Source: an uncultured Acidimicrobiaceae bacterium
GTDB taxonomy: Bacteria; Actinomycetota; Acidimicrobiia; Acidimicrobiales; CADCSY01
Direction: 5' to 3'
DNA: 44,507 nucleotides
Assembly: GCA_964349215.1 (NCBI GenBank)
Contig: CAYGGL010000001.1
Span: 4,942 to 49,448 of the forward strand
The translations under genes and the position numbers were made by a program. This document shows, in pieces, positions 9,144-18,540 of the stretch (position 1 is the first letter of the stretch; every line of letters starts with the position of its first letter). Below the pieces are notes generated by a model. It searched no databases, was not told the origin of the DNA, and saw only the letters and a list, made by a program, of their open reading frames with translations.

Positions 9144-10220
9144 ATGGAACGTTTTGGCTTCGTCGGGCTTCCCAACGCTGGGAAGTCCTCTCTTTTCAAC
9201 GCCCTTTCAAGGGGAACCGCATTGGCGGCTGCTTATCCCTTCGCTACCGTCGATCCCAATGTCGGCATGGCGAAAGTGCCCGACAAGCGCCTTGATCTCT
9301 TGGCCGAAATGTCGAAGAGCCAAAAGGTCGTTCCTGCAACGGTCGAATTTGTCGATATCGGCGGACTTGTCGAAGGTGCAAGCACGGGTGAGGGGCTGGG
9401 TAACCGATTTTTGGCACACATCCGTGAGGTCGACGCTGTCGTATTTGTTCTGCGTGCATTTGCCGATGTCGATGTGATGGGCCCAACTGATCCGCTCGAG
9501 CACCTCAGCACAGTCGAGACGGAACTTGCACTGGCAGATCTTGCAAGCATCGAGGGTCGAGTTGAACGTCACCGTAAGGCGTCGCGTTTGGACAAGAAAC
9601 TTGTGCCTGAGGTTGACGCATTGGACGCAGCCCTTGGCGTACTGAGCGAGGGTACGCCTATTTACAGATCAGGATTGAGCGCAGAATTCAGAGAACTGTT
9701 AGCGCCGTGGTTTCTCTTGACGAATAAGCCTGTTTTGGTCGTCGTTAATATCGGTGATGATCAGCACGACTCACTAGATTCGATCATCAAGCCCGTGGCT
9801 GACGCCTTCGTAAGTGGCGTTGAGATTCTCCCAATTTGTGTGCAACTTGAAGCTGAGGCTGCACAACTCTCCATGGAAGAACAGACAGAGATGTTGGGAG
9901 AACTTGGTTTGGGTGAAGGAGCGCTTCCCCGCCTTTTGCGCGCCGCTTACTCGGCGCTTGGGCTTCGCACCTTCTTTACAACTGGCGAAAAAGAGTCTCG
10001 GGCTTGGACATTTAAAGCTGGAGCGAAGGCCCCTGAGTGTGCGGGAGTGATCCATACAGATTTCCAACGTGGATTCATCAAGGCCGAGTGCATCCATTGG
10101 GATGAGCTGTTGGAACTCGGGTCGTGGTCAGCCGCTCGAGATGTGGGCAAACTCCGTATCGAGGGTAAGGACTACGAGGTGGCAGACGGTGACGTCCTCG
10201 AGTTCCGCTTCAACGTGTAA
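9144..10220 (+). CDS. ychF: Redox-regulated ribosome-binding ATPase YchF
   Basis: FGFVGLPNAGKSSLFNAL P-loop, a 358-aa length and a TGS-like C-terminus (IHTDFQRGFIKAE). Confidence 0.95.
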   Translation: MERFGFVGLPNAGKSSLFNALSRGTALAAAYPFATVDPNVGMAKVPDKRLDLLAEMSKSQKVVPATVEFVDIGGLVEGASTGEGLGNRFLAHIREVDAVVFVLRAFADVDVMGPTDPLEHLSTVETELALADLASIEGRVERHRKASRLDKKLVPEVDALDAALGVLSEGTPIYRSGLSAEFRELLAPWFLLTNKPVLVVVNIGDDQHDSLDSIIKPVADAFVSGVEILPICVQLEAEAAQLSMEEQTEMLGELGLGEGALPRLLRAAYSALGLRTFFTTGEKESRAWTFKAGAKAPECAGVIHTDFQRGFIKAECIHWDELLELGSWSAARDVGKLRIEGKDYEVADGDVLEFRFNV

Positions 10221-10303
10221 CAGACGGGGGGCTTCGCTACCTGAGTTTCGGGACGATCGTGTAAATAGGTTGGGACGGCGAGTGAATTAAGAGGCAAAAG
10301 CAG

Positions 10304-10636
10304 ATGCCGTGGTTGATGAGAGACGATGAGGTTCTGGCTTCGTTGGAAGTGGCGAGTTCTATGACCACGCGTATGCGAGGCCTTTTGGGCAAGGATGGCA
10401 TCGAGGGGGCTTTGCTGTTGTGTCCGGCCATGTCGGTTCACACATTGGGTATGCGATTTCCGTTAGATGTTGCTTATTGTGACAAAGAAATGGTCGTTAT
10501 CGGTCTTGCACACATGCGCCCATGGCGAGTTGGCCTTCCGCGTCTCAAGGCACATTGTGTAATCGAGGCCGAGGCTGGTTCGTTCGAAGCCTGGCACCTA
10601 AAGCCTGGCGATCAACTAGAGGTCAGAGGTGACTAA
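10304..10636 (+). CDS. DUF192 domain protein
   Basis: 110 aa. RMRGLLGK...LLLCPAMSVHTLGMRFPLDVAY...VIEAEAG matches the DUF192/COG1430 pattern. Confidence 0.7.
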   Translation: MPWLMRDDEVLASLEVASSMTTRMRGLLGKDGIEGALLLCPAMSVHTLGMRFPLDVAYCDKEMVVIGLAHMRPWRVGLPRLKAHCVIEAEAGSFEAWHLKPGDQLEVRGD

Positions 10637-11519
10637 CAAGGGTTTGTTAGTTCTTGTTGCCACGCCCATTGGCAACCTTGAAGACCTGACACAGCGGGCC
10701 GCACGGATTATGGCCGAGGCCGACCTGGTTGTTTGTGAAGACACACGTCGCACAGGGCGTTTGTTGTCGTCGGCTGACATCAAGGCGCGCCAACTCCTGG
10801 CCATGCATGAGCACAATGAGGCAAGTCAGGTAGAAGTCGTCATAGCTCGCCTTAAAGAAGGTGAGACGGTGGCGATGGTTAGCGACGCGGGCCTTCCGGG
10901 CATTTCCGATCCGGGCGAACGTCTGGTGCAGGCAGCAATCCAAGCGGGTATTGATCTAAGCGTTGTTCCCGGGCCATCTGCCGGCTTGGCAGGTCTCGTC
11001 ATTAGTGGTTTGTCTACCGAGAGATTCGTGTTCGAGGGCTTTCTGCCACGAAAGGGTGCTGAGCGTCATGGACGAATTAAAGAGCTGCGAAGTGAACGCC
11101 GCACGATCGTCTTATACGAGGCTCCTCATCGGCTGGTGCGAACCCTTTCTGATTTGGCAACAGTCTTGGGTGACGATCGCCGTGTCGCTTTGTGTCGAGA
11201 GATCACAAAGCTTCATGAAGAGGTTTGGCGAGGTGATCTTCAAGCAGCTCTCGAACACTGTGGCGAGGTGGAACCCAGGGGCGAGTACGTCTTGATTATC
11301 GAAGGCGGGCCTGAGCCCGAACCTATTGACGACGAGGGATTGATCGATGCGGTTCAACGAAGTATCGATTCAGGAATGTCGCACCGCGACGCAGTGGCTG
11401 AAGTTGCAGCGAGCCACGAAGTGTCAAAACGCCACGTCTATGACGTAACTCTTCCTTCTAGGTCATCTTCTAAGGCGCCTTCTAAAGCGCTTGGGGACAA
11501 GGGTCGTGAACGGATGTGA
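10629..11519 (+). CDS. rsmI: 16S rRNA (cytidine1402-2'-O)-methyltransferase RsmI
   Basis: LVLVATPIGNLEDLT, EDTRRTGRLL, SDAGLPGISDPG, VLYEAPHR. Confidence 0.9.
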   Translation: MTNKGLLVLVATPIGNLEDLTQRAARIMAEADLVVCEDTRRTGRLLSSADIKARQLLAMHEHNEASQVEVVIARLKEGETVAMVSDAGLPGISDPGERLVQAAIQAGIDLSVVPGPSAGLAGLVISGLSTERFVFEGFLPRKGAERHGRIKELRSERRTIVLYEAPHRLVRTLSDLATVLGDDRRVALCREITKLHEEVWRGDLQAALEHCGEVEPRGEYVLIIEGGPEPEPIDDEGLIDAVQRSIDSGMSHRDAVAEVAASHEVSKRHVYDVTLPSRSSSKAPSKALGDKGRERM

Positions 11520-12535
11520 CTCAGATAGTTAGAAGTCCATTAACTAGAGCGGCTTTTGCCGCAATGCTCGCGACCGTCTTGTTGGCAGGCTGCGGTGGTT
11601 CTGATGAAACCAGGACTGCTAAAGGTGACAAGCGCTTACAAGTTGCGACAAGCGTCGCCCCAATCACAAACATTGTGGCCGAGATCGCAGGCGAAATGGC
11701 GGAAGTCACCGGGCTCATACCCGAGGGGGCCGATTCCCACATTTTCGAACCAGATCCCAACGTTGCCCAAAAGCTCTCTCAAGTAGACGTTATCTACCTC
11801 AACGGACTCCAACTGGAAGAGCCCCTTCGAAAGCTGTCTAAGAACAATCTCGGTGATGGCGCTGAAATAGTCGCCCTTGGCGATCGAGTCCTTCCAAACG
11901 ATGAACGCATCTACGATCACTCATTTCCGAAATCAGAAGGCAAGCCCAACCCTCACCTCTGGACTTCTCCTTCCTATGTACTGGCCTATGCACGAGTGAT
12001 TGCTGATGATCTCAGCGAACGCGACCCAGATAACGCGAAGGCCTATAGGGCGAATCTCAAAAGCTTTGAAGAAGATCTCGATGGTCTCGATAAGGCCATG
12101 AGGGCTGACTTTGAAACTATTCCTATGACAAAGCGTAAGTTGCTCACATATCATGACGCCTACGCTTATTTTGCTCGAGATTATGGATTTGAGATCATCG
12201 GGGCAATTCAGCCGGCGAGTTTCTCCGAGCCAACTCCAAAGCAAGTCGAAGCATTGATTGACCAGGTCCGACGTTTGGATGTCCCGGCCATTTTTGGTTC
12301 AGAAGTATTTCCAAGTCCGGTGTTGGAACAGATCGGGAAGGAGACAGGAGTGCGCTATGTAGATGAGCTGCGAGACGATGATCTGCCTGGCGATCCCGGC
12401 GAGCCTGAACATTCGCTGATTGGTTTATTGCGCTTTAACTATTTGAAAATCACCCAAGCATTGGGTGGAACAGCTTCTGCCTTGCAAGGCATTGAACTCA
12501 GGACCATCGATAAAGCCTCTACCCGTGATGAATAG
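11516..12535 (+). CDS. Metal (Zn/Mn/Fe) ABC transporter substrate-binding lipoprotein, ZnuA/TroA family
   Basis: Lipobox LLAGCGG. DSHIFEPDP, NPHLWTSP and TYHDAYAYFA are cluster A-I SBP motifs. Confidence 0.85.
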   Translation: MTQIVRSPLTRAAFAAMLATVLLAGCGGSDETRTAKGDKRLQVATSVAPITNIVAEIAGEMAEVTGLIPEGADSHIFEPDPNVAQKLSQVDVIYLNGLQLEEPLRKLSKNNLGDGAEIVALGDRVLPNDERIYDHSFPKSEGKPNPHLWTSPSYVLAYARVIADDLSERDPDNAKAYRANLKSFEEDLDGLDKAMRADFETIPMTKRKLLTYHDAYAYFARDYGFEIIGAIQPASFSEPTPKQVEALIDQVRRLDVPAIFGSEVFPSPVLEQIGKETGVRYVDELRDDDLPGDPGEPEHSLIGLLRFNYLKITQALGGTASALQGIELRTIDKASTRDE

Positions 12536-13328
12536 CGACTTATTGATCAACATGAATCAAATCACTTATGGCTATGACCATGAGATGGTTTTAGATCACG
12601 TTGATTTGTCGATCTCCCAAGGACAGTTCAGTGGAATAGTTGGGCCATCTGGATCAGGCAAGACAACCCTTTTGCGCGTGATGATCGGAACCATCAATCC
12701 CCATGGAGGCTCCCTTTGGAGAGCACAAAACCTGAAGCTCGCTTACGTACCTCAGGTTGAAACTGTTAATTGGAACTTTCCGGTAACAGTTGGCGAGTGT
12801 GTGCTTATGGCGAGAACTGCTCGTGGCAAGTCTCGGCGATTGGCCCCTTGGGCTTCTCGAGAAGAACGTAACCATGCCAACGAGATGCTTGAGCGTCTCG
12901 GAATACGCGGGCTTGGCGATCGCCATATTCGTGAGCTTTCTGGCGGACAACAACAGCGCATGTTCATTGCTCGGGCGTTGTTAGGAGAACCCCAACTTTT
13001 GTTGATGGACGAGCCAACTTCTGGGGTCGATGTAAAGACTCGCCACGAGATCGTCCACCTCTTGGGCGAACTCAATGACGAGGGTTTGGCGATTGTCGTA
13101 ACCACCCACGATCTAAATGGTATGGCGGCGCACTTGCCCCATCTTGTTTGTCTCAATCGTGCGGTAATAGCTGCAGGATCACCAGCAGAGGTCTTGACGC
13201 CGCGTGTACTTGAGCGCACTTATGGAGCCCCCATGGAGGTGTTGGAACACGGCGGCATGCCAGTTGTGGTTGATCACTATGGTCGCGGCTCGCTCGATGG
13301 ACTTCGCATCATTGGTAAAAGCTCATGA
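12528..13328 (+). CDS. Metal ABC transporter ATP-binding protein
   Basis: GPSGSGKTT, LSGGQQQRMFIARAL, LLLMDEPTSGVD. ATG at 12528 is preferred over the track start at 12465, which overlaps the SBP gene by 71 nt. Confidence 0.85.
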   Translation: MNSDLLINMNQITYGYDHEMVLDHVDLSISQGQFSGIVGPSGSGKTTLLRVMIGTINPHGGSLWRAQNLKLAYVPQVETVNWNFPVTVGECVLMARTARGKSRRLAPWASREERNHANEMLERLGIRGLGDRHIRELSGGQQQRMFIARALLGEPQLLLMDEPTSGVDVKTRHEIVHLLGELNDEGLAIVVTTHDLNGMAAHLPHLVCLNRAVIAAGSPAEVLTPRVLERTYGAPMEVLEHGGMPVVVDHYGRGSLDGLRIIGKSS

Positions 13329-14218
13329 TTGGCGCCACCTTGGTTTCAGATGTTCTCGGCCCAATAGGCTTTGAGTTCTTTCGCAATGGCTTGTTGGTCG
13401 CAACCCTGGCCGGAGCGCTTTGTGGGTTGGTTGGCGTATTTGTTGTTCTCAAGGGAATGAGCGCTATCGGCCATGGTCTTTCACATGCAATCTTTGGTGG
13501 GTTTGTCGCAAGCACTCTTCTTGGCGTCAACGTTGTTCTTGGTGCCGGCGTATGGGGAGTGGCGTCAGCGTTGATGGTGGGCGGCGTCACACGCCGGCGC
13601 ATGATTGGTTCTGATGCAGCGATTGGTGTGATCACTACTGCATCGTTTGCACTGGGATTGGCTCTTATGGCGCTTTCTGATCGAACGGCTCGCAACTTTG
13701 AAACGGTTCTTTTTGGCTCCGTGCTAGGAGTGTCTTCAGCCGATGTTGCACTGGTTGTAGCGATAACTTTGTTTGCGGTCGCTGTGGTTGTTCTTAACTA
13801 TCGATCTTTGTTATTCATGACTTTCGATCCCGAAGTGGCCGAAGTTTCCGGAGTCTCGGGCGCTCGTCTCGAAGCGCTACTCATGTTGGTCCTTGCGGCA
13901 TCGATTTTGGTCACCATGCAAGTTCTCGGCGTCACCTTGGTGGCCGCGACCCTGGTAATACCCGCAGCAACTGCTCGGATGCTCACCTCTTCGTTTTCTC
14001 GCATGTTGGTGCTCGCAACAGCCTTAGGGGCGTGTTCAGGATTTGTCGGAATGGTGGCGAGTTACCACCTAGATGTGCAGTCTGGCCCGGCAATAGTTTT
14101 GGTAGGGGCAATCATGTTTGCGGCTGTCTTTATGGCAGCTCCGACAAAAGGCCCTGCATCTCCTCGATTTCGCCTGGCTGTTCCTCGACAATTCGTTCGG
14201 CTAACTGCAAAGCGTTAA
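13325..14218 (+). CDS. Metal ABC transporter permease (ZnuB/TroC family)
   Basis: 297-aa polytopic ORF with an ATGA overlap with the ATPase gene. Confidence 0.85.
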   Translation: MIGATLVSDVLGPIGFEFFRNGLLVATLAGALCGLVGVFVVLKGMSAIGHGLSHAIFGGFVASTLLGVNVVLGAGVWGVASALMVGGVTRRRMIGSDAAIGVITTASFALGLALMALSDRTARNFETVLFGSVLGVSSADVALVVAITLFAVAVVVLNYRSLLFMTFDPEVAEVSGVSGARLEALLMLVLAASILVTMQVLGVTLVAATLVIPAATARMLTSSFSRMLVLATALGACSGFVGMVASYHLDVQSGPAIVLVGAIMFAAVFMAAPTKGPASPRFRLAVPRQFVRLTAKR

Positions 14219-14696
14219 TGGTAGAGCCCGCCTCCAATTCTTGTCTTGCAATTGGGATATAGCGACCAAGTTGATTTATCAGCAACTCAAGAAATTTCCT
14301 GTCAAAGACTGCCCCTTGAGGCACCCCTTCGAGAGATGAAAGTACTGCGCCGGTATCAGCTTGAGGCACCGACTCCTTTGGAGTTGCCCCCCACTCGATA
14401 AGCCAGTTATCAATCAGCTTCATTTCGTCGATGTAAACCTGGTTCATGACGTCGGCTAAATCTTTGACCCGAGAGTCTGTTGCGCGCAATTGTCCGATTG
14501 CCGAAAGCGCAACGGTCGTCTCATGAAGAGTTCTGAGTTCTCTCACGAAAGAAATATCCGACTCGTTTACCTTGTCGGGTTTCAGATCCATCTTGGTCAC
14601 AGATGTGTCTGAAGCCTTGTCCTCGTTCTGGCAGCCAACGAGTGCCACTGATATTGCCAAAAGCAAGCCTGCCGTGGGATTGGCTCTAGACAGCAT
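14130..14696 (-). CDS. DUF305-like lipoprotein (divergent)
   Basis: Lipobox VALVGCQ. Two helical repeats, DISFVRELRTLHETTVALS and FDRKFLELLINQL..., and a C-terminal QPGEIEEMQGLL like DUF305. ATG at 14696 shares one nt with the ku stop (TGATG). Confidence 0.55.
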   Translation of the reverse strand: MLSRANPTAGLLLAISVALVGCQNEDKASDTSVTKMDLKPDKVNESDISFVRELRTLHETTVALSAIGQLRATDSRVKDLADVMNQVYIDEMKLIDNWLIEWGATPKESVPQADTGAVLSSLEGVPQGAVFDRKFLELLINQLGRYIPIARQELEAGSTINALQLAERIVEEQPGEIEEMQGLLSELP

Positions 14697-15559
14697 CAAG
14701 CACTGAGTTCTTTGTGCTCACGTTCAATGCGAGCAGCCTGAACACTCTTTTCGAGTGCCGCCACCAGATCACCCACAGGTGCAGGCTCACGTTGTTCTTG
14801 TGGCCCTGACGTGACATCTTCACCCGCTGCTTTGCGCTCGATCAGATCGAGAACTTGTTGGCGGTATGTGTCGCTGTATTGATCTGGACTAAAGCTGGTC
14901 GAAAGCGACTCAATTAGTTGGCGCGCCATCGTCAGTTCACGATCTGAAACGCTGAGATCTTCAAGGCCATCGAGTTCTTCAATGGCGTCGGTGGGTTGAA
15001 TCTCATCGGGATAGACCATTGTCGATATCAGAAGAACCCCATCTTTTGCTCGCATGGCGGCTAGGTATTGCTTGGTTCGAAGTACGAAACGTGCGACACC
15101 CACTTTTTGCTCTTCTTCCATCGCCTTTACAAGTAGCGCATAGGGCTTGCGACCCGTTTCGAGCGGTGCAAGATAATAGGGAGAGTCATAAAAGATTGGG
15201 TCAATTTCTGCCAAGTCAATAAAAGCATCAAGGTCAATCGTATGTGTCGCTTCCGGATCGAGAGCGTCCAACTCGCCAGGTTCAATGATTACGTAGTTTC
15301 CCGGATGCAATTCGTATCCCTTGACGATCTGATCATATGGAACCTCGGTTCCATCGACTGAAGAGACCCGCTGTTGACGGACTCTCGCCCCAGTTCGTGC
15401 ATCGAGTTGATGGAACTGAACGCTCTTCTTGGACACCGCAGTAAAAAGTTTCACAGGTATGTTCACCAGCCCAAAGCTGATCGACCCGTTCCAAATTGCT
15501 CGTGGCATCTCCTCAGTCTTACCCCATAAACCATCGCTGTCACCCCCGGCTTCAGCCAC
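14696..15559 (-). CDS. ku: Non-homologous end-joining protein Ku
   Basis: RAIWNGSISFGLVNIPVKLFTAV is a canonical bacterial Ku N-terminus. Start is GTG at 15559 or ATG at 15508 (MPRAIW). Confidence 0.9.
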   Translation of the reverse strand: MAEAGGDSDGLWGKTEEMPRAIWNGSISFGLVNIPVKLFTAVSKKSVQFHQLDARTGARVRQQRVSSVDGTEVPYDQIVKGYELHPGNYVIIEPGELDALDPEATHTIDLDAFIDLAEIDPIFYDSPYYLAPLETGRKPYALLVKAMEEEQKVGVARFVLRTKQYLAAMRAKDGVLLISTMVYPDEIQPTDAIEELDGLEDLSVSDRELTMARQLIESLSTSFSPDQYSDTYRQQVLDLIERKAAGEDVTSGPQEQREPAPVGDLVAALEKSVQAARIEREHKELSA

Positions 15560-15565
15560 CCACGT

Positions 15566-16312
15566 TTAGTCGTCTAAACGAAAGAGGCGAGTGGCATTTT
15601 CACTAGAGGCCTCTTCGATGGCCTCGACAGTTAGGTTTTTGGCTGAAGCAACGGCAGCGCCTACGAATGGGACCCATGCGGGGGTATTTGTGCGGCCTCG
15701 ATGGGGGACCGGCGCCAGGTATGGGGCATCGGTTTCGACGGTCAAACGATCGAGTGGACAAATAGCCGCAGCTTCTCGAACCTCACTAGCGCCTTTGAAG
15801 CTGACGATTCCGCTGAAGCTCAGCATTGCACCAAGATCAAGCGCACGTTGCGCTTCGTCGGGGCCACCCGTAAAGCAATGAAACACGGTTCGCTGCGGCA
15901 CCTTTTCTGTCTTCAAGATGTCGAAGGTGTCGTCCCACGCATCTCTGGTATGGATCACAAGAGCGAGATCATGGTGGTGTGCAAGAGCAATCTGAGCAGC
16001 GAAAATTTCTCGTTGCCGTTCACGGGGTGAGTGTTCGTAGTGATAGTCCAATCCACACTCGCCGACGCCCACAATCTTGGGGTGAGACAAAAGCTCCGCG
16101 ATGCCGTCGAGTCCCTCGCTTGCATCATGTGGGTGAACTCCCGCTGTCGCCCACACTCCAACATGGCGGTTGGCGACTTCCAGCGCAGCAATTGACTGTG
16201 CAAGGTCAGTTCCAACTGAGATGAGGCGATTTACTCCGGCATTATTTGCATCGCTAATAACGCTTTCTTCAACTCCTTCATAAGGGATATGGCAATGGGT
16301 GTCGGTCCACAT
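15566..16312 (-). CDS. tatD: TatD-family metal-dependent hydrolase/DNase
   Basis: MWTDTHCH, VGVGECGLDYHY, LVIHTRDA, FHCFTG, VETDAPYL. The start is trimmed to ATG 16312 because the track ORF extends 294 nt into metG. Confidence 0.9.
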   Translation of the reverse strand: MWTDTHCHIPYEGVEESVISDANNAGVNRLISVGTDLAQSIAALEVANRHVGVWATAGVHPHDASEGLDGIAELLSHPKIVGVGECGLDYHYEHSPRERQREIFAAQIALAHHHDLALVIHTRDAWDDTFDILKTEKVPQRTVFHCFTGGPDEAQRALDLGAMLSFSGIVSFKGASEVREAAAICPLDRLTVETDAPYLAPVPHRGRTNTPAWVPFVGAAVASAKNLTVEAIEEASSENATRLFRLDD

Positions 16313-16319
16313 GCTGTTA

Positions 16320-17846
16320 CTAGGCCTCTGGAACAGAGATACGCGGAAACAGCGGTTGGCCTTTTTCGACCGTAACTCCACCGGGATAGCCACCCCACTT
16401 TGCCGAAGCAGGAAGAAGCTGTTCACTCGGACTTCCTGACAAGCCAATGCGACGCCACAACTCGCCACAGGTGTCAGGCATGGCAGGGGAGGCGAGTATG
16501 GAAACAATTCGAAGTACTTCAAGAGCATCACCCATGATCTTTTCCAACTCTGGGCCAGATTCGAGTTTCCACGGCTCATGGGTCTCAAGGTGGGAATTTG
16601 CATCACGAATCAAGCGCCAAGTGGCCTCAAGGGCGTCGGAAGGTTGCACGGCTTCCCATGCACTGGCGGTCGCCTCATATGCCTCGGCGGCAAGAGCGGC
16701 CAGCGGACTCTCGGGATCAGGAGCCGGACCGATGCCTCCACACTTCTTTGTAACGACGGTCGCCACCCGACTCAACAGATTGCCCAAGTTGTTGGCAAGA
16801 TCGGAGTTATAGCGAGACACCATCGCCTCATAAGAGAAATCTCCATCTGGGCCGAAGTTCACATCACGCAAGAAGTGATGACGAAAACCATCTACCCCAA
16901 AATCTTTTACCAGATCAGCGGGTGCGATTTGGTTGAGCCCTGTCTTGCTCATCTTCTCGCCACCGACCAATAAGAAGCCATGTACGAAAATGCGGTGAGG
17001 GGGAAGTTCTCCAGCTGCCATCAGCATCGCCGGCCAGTAAACGCAATGAAATCGTAAAATATCCTTGCCGATCAAATGGTGAACATTGGGCCACCATTTA
17101 CGAAAAGAATCTTCATCACTGTTGTAACCGGCAGCAGTTGCGTAATTGATCAAAGCGTCATACCAGACGTAAAAAACATGATCTTCATCCCATGGAACGG
17201 GCACGCCCCAAGTGAGCGACGTGCGTGTGATCGACACGTCCTCAAGGCCTTGGCGGATGATTCCAAGAGCCTCATTTTTCTTTGACTCCGGTTGAATTGC
17301 CTCGGGATTAGCTTCTAGCCAGTCAAGGAGCGGCTGTGTAAATTCGCTCAACTTGAAGAAATAGTTGTCCTCTTCAAATAGCTCAACTGGTCGTGCATGA
17401 ATTGGACAATTGCCCTCGTTGAGGTCTCCCTCGTTGTAGTAGGCCTCGCAAGCAACGCAGTAGAGCCCTTTATATGTACCTTGCTCGATGAATCCACGTT
17501 CGTATGCCCGTTGCAACAGTGCCTGAACCGCTTTGTGATGGCGAGGTTCAGTGGTGCGAATGAAGTCGTCGTAGGAAATATTCAGTTCTTCCCAGGCCTT
17601 GGCAAAGCGCAAACTGGTTTGGTCGGCTTGTTCTTTAGGGCTGAGGCCGTTCGACTCAGCTGTGCGAGCAACCTTGAGGCCATGCTCATCAGTGCCGGTC
17701 AGAAACAGGACGTCGTCTCCGACGAGACGATGCCAGCGAGCGAGAGCGTCAGCCGTAACCGTGGTGTAAGCGTGACCTATATGGGGAGCATCATTTACGT
17801 AGTAAATAGGGGTGGTGACGTAAAAGGGATTTGGCACGGTACCCAA
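16320..17846 (-). CDS. metG: Methionine--tRNA ligase
   Basis: HIGH motif (APHIGHAY), KMSKS motif (GEKMSKTG) and a Zn knuckle CVACEAYY...CPIH. Confidence 0.95.
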   Translation of the reverse strand: MGTVPNPFYVTTPIYYVNDAPHIGHAYTTVTADALARWHRLVGDDVLFLTGTDEHGLKVARTAESNGLSPKEQADQTSLRFAKAWEELNISYDDFIRTTEPRHHKAVQALLQRAYERGFIEQGTYKGLYCVACEAYYNEGDLNEGNCPIHARPVELFEEDNYFFKLSEFTQPLLDWLEANPEAIQPESKKNEALGIIRQGLEDVSITRTSLTWGVPVPWDEDHVFYVWYDALINYATAAGYNSDEDSFRKWWPNVHHLIGKDILRFHCVYWPAMLMAAGELPPHRIFVHGFLLVGGEKMSKTGLNQIAPADLVKDFGVDGFRHHFLRDVNFGPDGDFSYEAMVSRYNSDLANNLGNLLSRVATVVTKKCGGIGPAPDPESPLAALAAEAYEATASAWEAVQPSDALEATWRLIRDANSHLETHEPWKLESGPELEKIMGDALEVLRIVSILASPAMPDTCGELWRRIGLSGSPSEQLLPASAKWGGYPGGVTVEKGQPLFPRISVPEA

Positions 17847-17982
17847 TCTAGTGGGCAGCCCTGTGCATGTAGATAGATTGCGAATGTGTTACGAACCGCC
17901 TAGTCTTCGTCACGTCCTATAAGTCAAGACGGAGGGCGGAATCCTGTCTTCAAGCTTTGAGGCGCAACGCCGCGCCGGATTT

Positions 17983-18540
17983 ATGCTCGCAGTCTTTGCG
18001 TCGCTGCTGACGCTCCCATTGATTTTTCCTCACTCTGCAACGAGTGAAGTTCCAACTGACCTTGTTTCTGGAGTTTCAACCAAACAGTCCTCAGAGGGAA
18101 TGGCCTCTATCACCAAAGAGTGGGCCAAGATTCGTGAGGCGATTGCAGCTACCTCCACTACCACCACGACCACCACCACCACCACGACCGCCCCACCACC
18201 GCCGCCAACTACTGCGGCACCAATACGAACTCGAACCAGTGTCACCTTGGTTCCCACAACCACGGTTCCCCCAGAACCTGTTGCGCCGCCCACGTCTCAG
18301 TCTGGCTTGGCATCTTGGTATGAATTAGAGGGCGCGCATGCTGGTGTTTGTGCGCACAGAACTCTTCCTTTTGGAACCGTAGTGACCGTCACGGTTGTAA
18401 AGACGGGATCCTCAATGTCCTGTGTGGTGGGCGACCGAGGTCCGTTTGCCGCCAACTTGGTTATCGACCTCTTCCGTGATGATTTCGCGACCATTGCACC
18501 ACTTGGTGCCGGTGTGGTTTCAGTTCATCTGACGTGGTGA
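17983..18540 (+). CDS. Secreted RlpA-like double-psi beta-barrel (DPBB) protein with a poly-Thr/Pro linker
   Basis: Signal peptide, T11-A-P5 linker, then GLASWYE..GVCAHRTLPFGTVVTVT..SMSCVVGDRGPF....VIDL, typical of the RlpA/DPBB_1 fold. Confidence 0.75.
   Translation: MLAVFASLLTLPLIFPHSATSEVPTDLVSGVSTKQSSEGMASITKEWAKIREAIAATSTTTTTTTTTTTAPPPPPTTAAPIRTRTSVTLVPTTTVPPEPVAPPTSQSGLASWYELEGAHAGVCAHRTLPFGTVVTVTVVKTGSSMSCVVGDRGPFAANLVIDLFRDDFATIAPLGAGVVSVHLTW
18157..18207 (+). repeat. Low-complexity coding tract (ACC/ACG)x11 followed by a Pro5 run
   Basis: Read directly. It encodes TTTTTTTTTTTAPPPPP. Confidence 0.9.

Noticed and set aside
16313-16606. The N-terminal extension of the TatD ORF (346-aa version).
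   Set aside because: It overlaps the 3' end of metG. The canonical TatD N-terminus MWTDTHCH starts at 16312.
17847-17982. A possible ydaO/cyclic-di-AMP riboswitch upstream of the cell-wall (RlpA-like) gene, as found upstream of rpf genes in actinomycetes.
   Set aside because: The intergenic region is only ~135 nt. I can find only one small hairpin (AAGAC...GTCTT) and not the two-fold pseudo-symmetric conserved core. A covariance-model scan (Rfam RF00379) would settle it.
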